A stretch of 64,000 bases of DNA, from assembly GCF_963676685.1 (NCBI RefSeq), contig NC_092347.1:8990001-9054000 (forward strand), in the 5' to 3' direction. This stretch comes from Mytilus edulis (taxonomy: Eukaryota). Every line of letters begins with the position of its first letter. The stretch's first letter is position 1. The position numbers were made by a program, and so were the translations under genes. This document shows, piece by piece, positions 1 through 11,750 of the stretch. Under the pieces are notes generated by a model that saw nothing but the letters and a program-made list of their open reading frames with translations, was not told the DNA's origin and did no database searches.

Positions 1-1756
1 AGACAAAAGACAGAAAGTATAAACTGACATAAGAGTACCCACAGTCACTAAAAGCTAGTTCAAATCATATATATTAATTTGGAAAAATCTCAAACGGAGA
101 TATCTGCTTTGTCGTTAAGATGAAGACCAAATTAACTTCATGTTATCAAGTTCATTGAATTGTTCTGCATAACATACACAACCGCAAAATAAGATCTTCG
201 ACGGCGACGTTATCTAAAAATTGGTACTTGAAATTTCAAAGTGTGTTGATTTTTCTGTGATCTTCCATTTTTCACAATTAGAGAAACAACAGACTTTAAG
301 AGACGGTAAATGATTTCATTAATGAGATACCTTTGGGAATTGTTTACGTAACCACTAAAACAGAAATAGCAGTTTATAAACTTTTGAGCATTTCAGTTAT
401 GTAATAATCGAGTCGACAAAATAATCGGTTACAAAATTTTATCTTTTGTTCATGATACAAAACTAATCAATTCTTTAAAAAAAATTATCCGCACCAGTTT
501 TTCATCTTATCATTCCTCCATCTAGATATGATAATCTGATTAAATTTGTGGTAAAGGAAATGTTCAATGAGTGAATATTATTAGCGCATTAAATGGTTCA
601 TAATATATTTCAACTGTACGTTAATTAATACTCAGGCATGTCGGATGGACATCAGAGACCGAAATGAAGTTAACCATGTTGACACCTACATGTACAAGAC
701 ATAATCGCAATGCATATTACATTAACTATTAAATTCTTAATATGACCGCAATGAAATGTTTATACCAGTACTTTATGTAAAAGTCATGACAATTATTATT
801 GATGGCAATTCCAACGTACGCAATGAAAAAGAAACAAATATTATACCTGCATCAATTTTAATAAGACAACATACAGTCAAACGATAAGTTAAATAAAATC
901 AATAAGAATAGCTTGTCTAGAAGAACTTATTGTTTGGGCTTAGGTTGCTCATATTCCCATTGGACATATTTATTGTCTATTTAGGTGTCAAAAAATTATA
1001 ATAGCAGTTCTGCAAAATCTGCAAGGGTCTCATAGCGCAGAGAGCGTCAGTAGAATTGCAGTTATTAAGCGAATTATTGACAAAACTTAAACAACTTGTT
1101 CCTCTTATAGCAACTCTCTTTACAAGATGGGAATAAGAAACTGAGGTATTTGAGTATCTCTCTACTGGAATGTACCTTCTCCTTCGGGCACTTTCATAAA
1201 GACAGGAATTAAGTTTAAGAAATTTCTAAAACTTTGTTAACAAAATTGTTTGAAGGTTAACTATTGATGCACGGGTTCCTCATGATAAATTTTATATCAT
1301 CTCTTCTAAAATTCGATGCACTCAATCATGATTTCTGTGCCGTTTCGGAATATCTGTGACCAGGAATATGTTACAACTGTCGTAACCACAATTACTTCCA
1401 CTTTTTCACCAGTTAATAATTTTTGAACGCGACTAAACACCAAATTTTGCTTTCCACGAGGGGAAATATCTGTTTACCGGAGCACCTAAGATAGACCATT
1501 TTTTGTCGGGTTCCTTTGGCTCACTTTTTTTCTTTTCTATGTTAAGTTCTACAGGCTGTTCTTTGTACAGGCTGTTGTTTGTACTTTTTGTCGTCTTTCT
1601 ATTCGGCAATTAGACTGGCATTGGTATTGTTGACATATCATTGTTTTTCATGGCTTCCTGTTGTTTTAATATTTAAAGTTCAAAATAACATTTTAGTTGT
1701 CAATAAATATGTGTTAACTTTCCATTTGAATATATCTGTACATCAACTACTCTTGA

Positions 1757-2410
1757 AGCCTCGGTCACACCTTACCAGATAGCACAAACGGACGCCTAAT
1801 GGATGAAAATGAAAGTTGTCCATTGACAAAATTGTTATCCGTTGGGAGTCTGTTGATGTACTGACCAAATAAAACGGATGCATCACGAATGCATAACTAA
1901 CACACACCGGATATGCAACGTACGAGAAACGAAAGCTTACTGGACAGCACGGATGTGTAACGTACATCCAACGGACAAGTACTGCATAAAATGAACACCG
2001 AACGGGAGAGTACCGGATAAAACGGACGAGCAAGATATACGGAAAAAGTTAAGGCGACAATAATAATACATGTAAATCGCATAAATATTCAAAAAGTGTC
2101 TGTGTAACTGGTTTTGGTTTGTTCTTCAAAATGCCACCAAAGGGTAGTGTCTGGCCTGAATAAGAGCTGAATGACAGTAAAGACGTGCCCTTACTCTAAG
2201 ATCGATTATGAATAACAAGAATTCATAAACCTCAAGAAATGTGACATACCAATAATTGGCATTCCTGACGCGAAATTTTCAATTGGCATTTATCCGTTTC
2301 AGATCAGTTCATCATTCGTTTTATTCGTTATACGTCCGGTAGAAGTCCGTTTCACATTCGTTAAACATCCGTTGTATTCGTTAAACGTCCGGTAGAAGTC
2401 CGTTGGATGA
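1757..2410 (-). mobile_element. Truncated inverted copy of the same Harbinger-like element (one TIR)
   Basis: Starts with AGCCTCGGTCACACC after TGA and is the reverse complement of about 2779-3416. Confidence 0.85.
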
Positions 2411-2442
2411 CCATCAGAGACCAAAAATAAGTTGACCATGTT

Positions 2443-3416
2443 AGCCTCGGTCACACCTTAACGGATAGGTCGAACGGATTCCTAACGGATAACTTTTTTT
2501 CAATCCGTTTATGTCCGTTAGACGTCCGTTCTTATCCGTTAGACGTCCGTCCATATCCGTTGCATGTCCGTTTAGCGTACGTTTTATCCGTCGACGTCCG
2601 TTCTGTCCGGTGGACATTTTTGAGCATGTTCAAAACTTTGAACGGACGTCCAACAGATGAAATGTCCGTTGAACGTCCGGTAGGCGTCCTTTTTGTACGG
2701 TACTCGTCCGTTTCGTTTCCGTTATGTACCCGTTACGTGTCCGTTATACATCCGTTGGAGGTCTGAAAGATAAATTCACCAATGGACTTCTACCAGACGT
2801 TTAACAGATAAATCGGATGTTGAACGAATGTGAAACAGACTTCTACCGGACGTATAACGGATACAATGGATGATGAACGGATCTGAAACGGACAAATGCC
2901 AATTGAAAATTTCGAGAAATGCCAATTATTGGTATGTCAGATTTCATGAATTCGTATTATTCATAATCGATCTTAGAGTAAGGGCACGTCTTCACAATCA
3001 ATCAGCTCTTATTCAGGCCAGACCCTGCGCTTTGACGGCATTTTGAAGAACAAACCAAAACCAGTTACACAGAAACATTTTGAATATATTAAGCGATTTA
3101 CATGTTTTCTTATTGTCGCCTTTAATTTTTCCGCATATCTTGTTCATCCGTTTTATCCGGTACGTTTCCGTTAATTGTCCGTTTTATGCGCTACTCGTCC
3201 GTTGGATGTACGTTCGACATCCGTTTTGTCCGGTACGTTTCCCTTTCTCGCACGTTGCATATCCGGTGTGTGTCCGTTATGCATTCGTTACACGTCCGTT
3301 TTATTCGGTCAGTACATCAACGGACTCCCAACGGATAACAAATTTGTCAACGGAAAACTTTTATTTTCATCCGTTAGGCGTCCATTCGTGCTATCCGGTA
3401 GGGTGTGACCGAGGCT
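2443..3416. mobile_element. Non-autonomous PIF/Harbinger-like DNA transposon (about 974 bp)
   Basis: TIR AGCCTCGGTCACACC...GGTGTGACCGAGGCT; TTA on the right flank (left target copy imperfect); dense subterminal AACGGA/TCCGTT motifs; empty site visible in duplicate copy 1 at about 677. Confidence 0.82.
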
Positions 3417-4473
3417 TTAAACCTACATGTACAAGACATAATCACAATGCATATTTACATTTGCTATTTAAATCTTAAAACGACCGCAATGAAGTGTTGA
3501 TACAAATACTATGTAAAAGTCATGAAAATTATTGTTGATGGCAATTTCAACGTACGCAATAAAAAAGAACAACTACCTGGATCAATTTATATAAGACAAC
3601 GGTCAACGTTCAAATTGATGATCATTGAACGCGACTCAAAACTAAATTTTGCTTTCCAAGCGGGGAAATACCTGTATACCCTTTTGTCGGGTCCCCTTTG
3701 CTAACTTTTTTTCTTTTCTATGTTGAGTTCTACAGGCTGTTGTTTGTACTTTTTGTCGTCTTTCTATTCGGCCATTAGACTGGCATTGGTATTGTTGACA
3801 TATCATGGTTTTTCATGGCTTCCTGTTGTTTTAATATTTAAAGTTCAAAATAACATTTTAGTTGTCAATAAATCTGTGTTACTTTCAATTTGAATATATC
3901 TGTACATCAACTACTCGTAACGATATACAATGAATAGTAAAAAAACCTATATCAACACCCAGATCTCTGTTAATACAATAATGCAGTATAGTTAAACTAA
4001 TGGAATTTAAGCATTATTCTGGGATAAAAGTAAAATTCATCATCCACCGGAAACCTAAACCAATCTTCGTATAACAATGGCGTCATATTGTTTCTCGAGG
4101 GAGTAAAGACAAGTATTTTGAAAATTGATATATGTTGAGCGGCTTCATAAAGTAATGATTATTTTCTATGACTTTGGTTAATTATTGCTTTGCTTTACGT
4201 AACACTTTCATAATCGTTCAGCATTGAAATACAATAAGAATCCATTGAAATCTTTTCCGTTGGCAATATTTAAACATAATACCCGTCGATAAACATCAAA
4301 TTAATTTTTGTTTTACAAGCTACAAGCTACATTCTGAATCTTTATGAAATTGTGATTAAATCAACTTGATTGCAGCATTTAATGCATTATGCATTGTGAT
4401 GTATAAGTTTCAGTCTAGGACGGATACGCGCATGAAACATTGTGTCTTTTTTTAGTCAGTTTATCGGCACCAT

Positions 4474-4528
4474 ATGGTGTTTATTGTGGTTGTTGTGGTT
4501 TTTGCGTCTGTTTTTCCTGAGGAGTCGG
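4474..4528 (+). CDS. Exon 1 of the Ig gene: signal peptide MVFIVVVVVFASVFPEES(G)
   Basis: ATG at 4474, hydrophobic stretch, phase-1 donor GTATTG at 4529 matching the phase-1 acceptor at 5448. The donor is weaker than the others. Confidence 0.7.
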
Positions 4529-7500
4529 GTATTGTCCTTAAGGATGTTCGCTACTCTGTTTAAAAATAACAAGCTTTTTAACAGACTGTTATAAATTGAA
4601 AGTATATCAATAAAGAAACAAAAAAAGCAGAAAAAAATGGACGGTCCGTGTGCTTGATTTCGAGATATAAGCCGTTGAAAATTTGGCGGGAAATAATTCT
4701 CTCTAGATTTTTCTTTCACTTTACATTGGCACCTTTTTTGTTTAAAAAACTATGAAAAATAACAAGGATTTCATAAGATTTTTAAATATGGCTTTTTAAA
4801 TTATATGTTATAAAAATATGAAAAGAAAATTAGGGGTTAGTGGGCATTTTTTTTTTTTAAAGTTTATACATGGATAAAACCAGAGGATTCCGAAAATCTG
4901 GCGAAAATTCAAAAAGAAGAAGAGCAAACATCCTTAATGTAATCTGTTTACGGTCCTTGACTTTTAGTGATACCTTTTTATGTACTTGCACATGAACTAG
5001 GATTTGAAAACTGAAAAAAATTCACATAACACTGAAGAACGATGTACATGTATGTACACGTGTAACTTGAAAATATACCAGTTTGCTCAGGTTAAACAGC
5101 TACCTATGTAAACGTCTGAAATTTCGTCAATGTATAAATGGCAAAGGACTTTTTGTCAGTTTTGTTGCTTAGTGTAGAAATTTACATTTTGTTTTTACTT
5201 TCGACTGTTTTACGTTTGATAGTGTGATTTCTGTTAATTGAGTCCGAATTTTTGATTGGATGAGGTGATTGATATTCTGATATGAAGGTAACCCGTATTA
5301 TCGAAAGCTTTTCAATGGTACACTTTTGATATTACTTTCAAGTGGCCGCGGAACGCTTATATTTTTTTAAGTAGTTTACAACCTCATGTGACTTGCTTTA
5401 CAGTTTAAAAGTATACAACGTATAAATTGTCATTTTTATACTTACAGGTAGGCATTACAGAAGATATGTCTATAGACCAACAGCACCAGAAATACTTCCA
5501 GATGCAACAAATATTACCGTCCATAGTAATGAAAAGGTCATTTTAAAATGTACAGTCAGAAACAGAAGGACAAAGGATGTAAGTATTTGTTATCATTTAT
5601 GTATGGCGTTTTGTTCTGAATATGAAACCTTGCCAGCTTTAAAAGGCTATATTTCATGTGACCTTCATAAATGGTTTGACTGAATTTTGAAACCAATTGT
5701 CAAGCGCACTGAAATTAGTACCTTAATCTTATTACTTTGTCGATTAATTTCCTTTTATGTAATGCAATATCTTACACCAATCTACATGTGTTGTATTGCA
5801 ATGTAGGACAATCAAATTAAACAATTAGTTTGGGATAAACCATGAGACATTGAGCATCTATTAGAAAAAAATACGTACCGAATTATAGTATGGTTTTCCA
5901 TAAAAAAATATATAAATACCCTAATCGGAACTTATATAACAAAGAGTGAAAGACGATCTTAACCATGACATGATTTATATAATGTAATTGTATAATGATA
6001 GAAGTAGGTTACTAGACCAGTCTAAAGTTATCACCGTCGCGTAATTACCAAATCGCATGTATGTAGTACATGTACTAAGTACAATCACACGGTGTATAAT
6101 TGTAATGTATAACTTTGAAGTTTATCAGGTGCAACCACGACATCAATTACATTTTTGTACCATGCGGCAATTTTTTAAACAAAAATACACATTGATTAAC
6201 CTTTTTTTGAAAGATTGCAATGCCATTATTTCTTTATTTTCATTTTTATTTTCATTTTTATTTTTATTTTTATTTTTTATCTTTTTCTTTTTATGTATTG
6301 ATTGTATTTGTTCGTCGTTTCATTTCTGTTCGATTTTTTTAATTGTGTTTAATGTCCTGTCCTGTACTGTCATGTTTTGATTCGTGCAGTAATTTTTATT
6401 TGGTTACAATTCTTTGTTTAAGTCGCGTCAACGTGTTTCTGTTGTTTTACCACAATTTCTCATTCATTTCGATTTATCGTGACAGTTTCTGATTAGCGTC
6501 ACGATGTTTTCAAACATCAAATCTGTATATCCTATAGCTTTCAACACAAAGATCATAAATGATCATTATATATGGAGCTTTAGTCCGATACAATAATGAG
6601 CATAAATGAATGCAATTCGAAACATCGAACAGTTTTGACATCCATAATTGTTGCATACATGTATGCCATTTATTGAAATTTCTTGTGTATCTATATTAGT
6701 TAAACAAATGCAATTGTTTTACATGAGATAAATGTTCTTTATTCCTTTCCAATTTTCTTTTCTCGTTACAGGTTCAATGGCGTCTTGTACGTAAAAGATG
6801 GCCATTAACTATTGGTACAGAACCATGGACAACTGATAAAGATATCAGCGTTCTTTATAGTGTAATTAATAAAACAGACGAAAGTTGGGACTTGGTAATC
6901 AAACGAGCTAAACCAAGACATACAAATACATACGAATGTCAAATATCATCAACACAAAGTAATAGACGATATGTATATCTTAGAGTGTTAGGTAAGTTAA
7001 AGAACATCAAATTTCATTTTCAGCCGATACCTGTTATACTAGCTAACTCTTCGGCGAACATTGCATCTCATTAAAATACTATTATTATATAGAATGGAGA
7101 AAAGTAGTGAATTGTATGTTGCAAGGTTGTAAACTCCATTAAGTATTACATAGACAAAGTAACCATTAAAAGACAAAAGAGTAACGCACTATAATAGAGG
7201 TGGTGTACGAATTTTAAAACTGAAAGTAGAATCTTTGACCATGTGAAAATTAATTAAAACATACGCGATATCAAATGTTGTATGGGCTAAGAATTGACAA
7301 AACCAACGCGTCCCCGACCAAATCAAACTTTCCCCAGTTTTATTTTATTAACACTTTTGTTTACAGTATTTATTAAATAAAACTGTTGTTTATAATTGGA
7401 CTACTTGATGCTATATATATAATTTGGTAGCTACAAACAGGATGATTCGATGGAAAAAAATGAAAAAGAGACAGCAATATTATTATTGTACGTTAAACTG

Positions 7501-10500
7501 ATGCTCAACCATTGCGTCTGTTTTCATGTTTTTTTATGAAACCTGCACAGAAGTAATAAAGCAAAAAATAAAGTGGTTTATTCCTTGAATGCCAACATTC
7601 TTTGATCTACCGACAATTTACCTGTAAAACTATGTTGACATTCGAGGAATAGGTGTAAGAAGTTATCATAACAACAGTGGATGCTCATCAAAACAATCAT
7701 TCTAATTAAACAGAAAGGTATATTACAGGTAGCTAAATCTCATTCATGTTTGTAAAGTTGTTGAACATTTTTTTTTCTCTGAAACTGCTTGCACCAATAT
7801 GCTTTTCTCTAAAAATAAAAGTTTGAAATTGTTGCATCACTAAGTCTTTCGAGGAAGAAATCAGCTTTCCTTTATAAATAACATTTGAAATCTTTGTTGA
7901 ATGCATTTACAACGTTACATTTACTAGGCACATGGCGCTTTTGCGCTTTACATACATTGTACTATATAGACACTTGTGTATTGTGAAAGGCTGTATGTCT
8001 AGGGATGTACTTACTAGGTAATTAAGTATAGGAATTTGAGCCAGATGGTCGGATTTCTTATATTTTTCCTTCAATACATGGTAAACTATTCTACCTCATA
8101 CAACACCCATTGATCTTCAATAGTCCGTGATACATGTAGGTCTTTTGCAAAAATTTAAGCAGATTTCCATTTAAGGTTCAAATAATACCAATGCAGCTAT
8201 AAATCCGAATATGTCTTTTCCCGGAATTTTACCTATTTGAGCATTGTCAGTCTTTCCTGCTGATGTTTAAAACTCGAACATATTATTTGTTCATACATGT
8301 ATGCTTTTGTTTATCAGTATTCTGTTTTTAAATGGATACTTATTTAAAATCTGCATCATACTGCGTTTTGTCACTTTCATTTATCTTGGTAATTCTGAGA
8401 ATAGCTAATGCAGTTCGTGTCGGTTGGTTCTTGTTTCACTGTATTTCTGATTAACATATGTTTTATTCATACTGTTGCTGGAGTCTTGTTGGAATGTCTA
8501 ATAATAAAATAATTGTTTAACAATATATAGTTTAACTTTTATTGCAGCACAACCCAAAGACAAAAGACCAGGTAAATATACTTAATTATGCAAACTTGAG
8601 AGATAAAGTTTAGAATGATTGTTGTATCTACAAAATCCAGTGTCAAATATTTTAATCATATCAAAAACTAGGGAAAAAAATCAACAATAAATTCAATAGG
8701 TATTTGACTAAATTCGGGGTTTGAATAACTACTGCCACTCGAAACTGAGTTTGTGGATATATTGAGACATGAAGTTTTTTCTTGCAATAATCCACATATG
8801 GGCCCTCAAGAGATTTTAAAGTGTTCTGCTAAACGGAAACACAACATAATAATATTTTGATAATAATTTTATACCCAATTCTACCAATGTGTTATTCAAG
8901 TAAGAAATAATCCATTGATATATAATCCTATGTATACTATTGTAGTTTTTATTCATGTGTACTATTTCTGTTATTAATTTTCAAAATACATGTAAGAAAT
9001 GATTGATGAAAAAATATGCCATAATAAAGCACATTTTTTTCAGGAATAAGTTTAACAGGGACAGCCTATTTAGATCTTCATCAGAAGGTTAACTTAACGT
9101 GTAATGCTACTGGGTTATTTCGTGCACCAGACGATATTGACTGGTTTCACAATGGTAATATCATAGACCAAAATGATCAACAATGGGGCGGAAGGTTAAA
9201 AATTTACAAACGAATACAAGACGTTCCTGGAAGGATGTTGATTAGTGAACTTATTATTGAAAAAAGCACATTAGATGACCGAGGAATGTATGTTTGTCGA
9301 AGTTCTGAAAACGAAGCTTCAAGTTTTCCAGTTAGCATTTTAGATAGTAAGTTTATTTCTTGTATTCACATATTTTTGCTATTTACAAACAAATAATTAA
9401 AACATCTTCGAAAAAGTTGTTAATATAAGAACTACAAATGTATATAGAAATATTCTGGGTGCTTAAACACATATTGTAAGCTTATTTTGAGTTGTTGGAT
9501 AGTGTTTTTATACATTAAAACGTAGCATCTACACATTTTCATGTTAAAAATAACTGAATCAATTGTGTGAATAAATTGACATTTAAACCCAAAGAGATCC
9601 GTAAATTTGTTCGGTAAATGGTCTCCTTAAAGAATTATTTTTGTTAAGTGCCGGAGCACTGATTCACCATCGTCTTGTGTAAAACAATGCTCGTTGAATC
9701 ATGTTTCTTCAAGGACACACAGCATATCTATCAGTTTCAACTAATTGTATATTGTATGAATACGAATGCTACTTGTGGAGAAGGATTTGCTTAACCCCGT
9801 TTATTTGTGAGATTCGTGGTGCGCAGTCTTTAGTTCTATTTTGTAGACTGTTTGTCTTCTCGTTCAAGTTACCCAGCTATCTTGGATTCACACAGTATGG
9901 CCTTGGACACTTTCTCAAAAATTGTACTTGTCCATACCTTACTTTTTAGTTCCTATATAATTGGAGTTGATTTAGTACCTGATCAGTGTACATGTAGACT
10001 TACAGATTGATTGATAAATGTTATTTATATACATTTGTATATGAAAAGTTTAAAACAATGGAATGAATGAATGATACTTTTTTTAGCAGGAAAAACAACT
10101 CGATATAATGATTTGTACTACAGAGGTAAGGAAACACATGCTTGGTGCATAAACTCTTTGGTTTTAAACGCTATTGTTTGTAAATCTTCCCTTTCAATGT
10201 ATTTGTATTCGCTTTGTATATTTATACATGTATGTTGAATCCGAATGTATGCACTTTGTTTTGAAATTGTCGTTAATAATATTTATTTGGTCGATATTTC
10301 CATCCACTTCGCATTTGAATATAATAGTACAGTCAGACTTACATAAGACAAAACATATCTCGTGTACATTGTAGTTATCTATTTCGACAGTTTTAAACGT
10401 TATTTACTATAAATATCCAAACAGTTATAGATATAACAACAATGATGTAAACGTTCAAATACTACAGTTTTTGTATACAAATTGATGTATGATATAGGCA

Positions 10501-11750
10501 CTAGTTTATTATTGTTGAAGTGCTGCATACATTTTTGTTGTTGTTTTTCTTAGTGACGCACATTCAAAACATCTTTTAATATTATTGCGACTTTTACAAT
10601 GCACACACAAATATAAAATATGTGAATCATTGTATTTGTAATTAATTTCATTTAAAATTGTGAACAATGTAAACAGCATTTGAATAAGATACACGATATC
10701 ATTTCAGATGGGGTACCGAACAAAACAAAAAGATATGGTAAGTGATATTTGTTTTTAATTTGTGAAAATGACAACACTCATGTAATACTCATGGAAAGAA
10801 TTGAATACAAACTAATGCGGTATCATATATTTGTACTTATGATTTTATATAAAACACTAACGAAAGGTTAATTTCCTACATTAATTTTGTATTTAAAAAA
10901 AATGTATTTCAATACTTCTGTTCCCTTTCCTGCTTTGAAAAATAATGAATTATAAGTATTCGGTCCATCATTTACAGAAAAATAATTAATGTTAAACTCA
11001 GTCGGAGTATTGTATGTCTTGAGTGCTGTCATTTTCACAAATATTAACTGAACGTACGTAATGGATATTTCGAGTATTTGGAAAACAACGACTCAAACCA
11101 TTAAACTTGCAAAATGTAATAACTAATGATTTGAAAATAAAAAAAAGTTGTCATTTTCTAGAAATATGTAACAAAAGACAACAACAAGAAAATAACGAAA
11201 TGCATATAATCAATACATTTTTAAAGTTGAAGTAAAAATAATATGAATGACACAAATATACTGGAATGTAAAATTGAGAATGGAAATGGGGAATGTGTCA
11301 AAGAGACAACAACCCGACCAAATAAAAAACAACAGCAGAGGGTCACCAACAGGTTCAGTTACACATGTTTGAAATGCCTTATTTTAAACTTCGATTGCCA
11401 CAGTAGCTGATGTTTCCAGATTTTTCGTCGGTACAAATAAACAATGCCAACAGCTTTATTCAAACTTAAAAACTGTCATCTGAAATTTATATGTTTAATT
11501 TTACCGTGAATATTTCATAAATCTTTAAAATTGACATACACATATCAAATCGACTAGCAGATACATTAAATAGACCAATCTCTAGAATTTACACTAACAG
11601 ATAATTCTTACTTTTTATATATATATTTTAGGTACAGAAAAGGTTTCTGAAAACAAATCAGACGACAAAAATTCAAATAGTGCAGCATTTAATTCAATAC
11701 ATGTTGTTTTAATTACATGTATTTGTGTATTTGTGTCGTGTAATAGCTGA
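4474..11750 (+). CDS. Spliced gene (8 coding exons, 921 nt, 306 aa): GPI-anchored two-Ig-domain cell-surface protein, Dpr/ZIG-8-like IgSF
   Basis: join(4474..4528,5448..5578,6772..6991,8548..8571,9044..9346,10087..10125,10708..10737,11632..11750). All introns are GT-AG and phases match (1,0,1,1,1,1,1). Protein: signal MVFIVVVVVFASVFPEESG; Ig1 C..VQWR..LTIG..W.LVI..YECQISS; Ig2 NLTCNATG..PDDIDWFHNG..SELII..DDRGMYVCRSS; C-terminal NSAAF plus hydrophobic tail. Confidence 0.9.
4542..4933. mobile_element. TTAA-targeting MITE (Kolobok-like GG...CC termini), 392 bp, in intron 1
   Basis: TTAA|GGATGTTCGCT ... AGCAAACATCC|TTAA. Confidence 0.8.
5448..5578 (+). CDS. Exon 2: N-terminus and first half of Ig1 (GRHYRRYVYRPTAPEILPDATNITVHSNEKVILKCTVRNRRTKD)
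   Basis: cttacag acceptor, gtaagt donor, open frame containing the B-strand Cys. Confidence 0.92.
6772..6991 (+). CDS. Exon 3: second half of Ig1 (VQWRLVRKRWPLTIGTEPWTTDKD...WDLVIKRAKPRHTNTYECQISSTQSNRRYVYLRVL)
   Basis: Polypyrimidine tract plus cag acceptor, gtaagt donor; Dpr/ZIG-8-type LT(I/V)G and YECQIS motifs. Confidence 0.95.
8548..8571 (+). CDS. Exon 4: 24-nt inter-domain linker micro-exon (AQPKDKRP)
   Basis: ttttattgcag acceptor, gtaaat donor, symmetric phase 1-1. Confidence 0.8.
9044..9346 (+). CDS. Exon 5: complete Ig2 domain (GISLTGTAYLDLHQKVNLTCNATG...DWFHNG...DDRGMYVCRSSENEASSFPVSILD)
   Basis: tttttttcag acceptor, gtaagt donor, 303-nt open frame with C, W and D-x-G-x-Y-x-C Ig motifs. 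Confidence 0.95.
10087..10125 (+). CDS. Exon 6: 39-nt stalk micro-exon (TGKTTRYNDLYYR), with TAGCAG tandem acceptor (alternative start 10090)
   Basis: T-run plus tagcag acceptor, gtaagg donor, phase 1-1. Confidence 0.75.
10708..10737 (+). CDS. Exon 7: 30-nt stalk micro-exon (DGVPNKTKRY)
   Basis: atttcag acceptor, gtaagt donor, phase 1-1. Confidence 0.78.
11269..11354 (+). repeat. Repeat family A fragment in the last intron of the Ig gene
   Basis: Nearly identical to 63939-64000. Confidence 0.85.
11632..11750 (+). CDS. Exon 8: terminal exon with GPI-anchor signal (GTEKVSENKSDDKNSNSAAFNSIHVVLITCICVFVSCNS*)
   Basis: ttttag acceptor; small-residue omega region NS/SAA followed by a terminal hydrophobic stretch with no cytoplasmic tail; TGA followed by TAG TAA TAG. 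Confidence 0.88.

Larger units (their letters stand above)
651..3920. repeat. Diverged tandem duplication: copy 1 about 651-1756; copy 2 about 2412-2442 plus 3417-3920 (interrupted by a transposon)
   Basis: catcagagacc..gtt(a/g)accatgtt at 651 and 2412; acctacatgtacaagacataat at 684 and 3421; both copies end in tatatctgtacatcaactactc. Copy 1 has about 0.5 kb extra (about 880-1420). Confidence 0.88.

Noticed and set aside
1743-3478. Several overlapping ORFs (96, 68, 132 and 77 aa) rich in R, V, P, S and Y
   Set aside because: They are by-products of the stop-poor TCCGTT/AACGGA motifs in the Harbinger-like MITE; no transposase or Myb-like motifs.
6057-6380. 107-aa hydrophobic ORF in intron 2
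   Set aside because: Poly-T low-complexity intron sequence producing F/L runs.
11162-11235. Alternative terminal exon (EICNKRQQQENNEMHIINTFLKLK*) that would give a soluble isoform
   Set aside because: The acceptor and phase are plausible, but the sequence is A-rich and low-complexity with no independent support.
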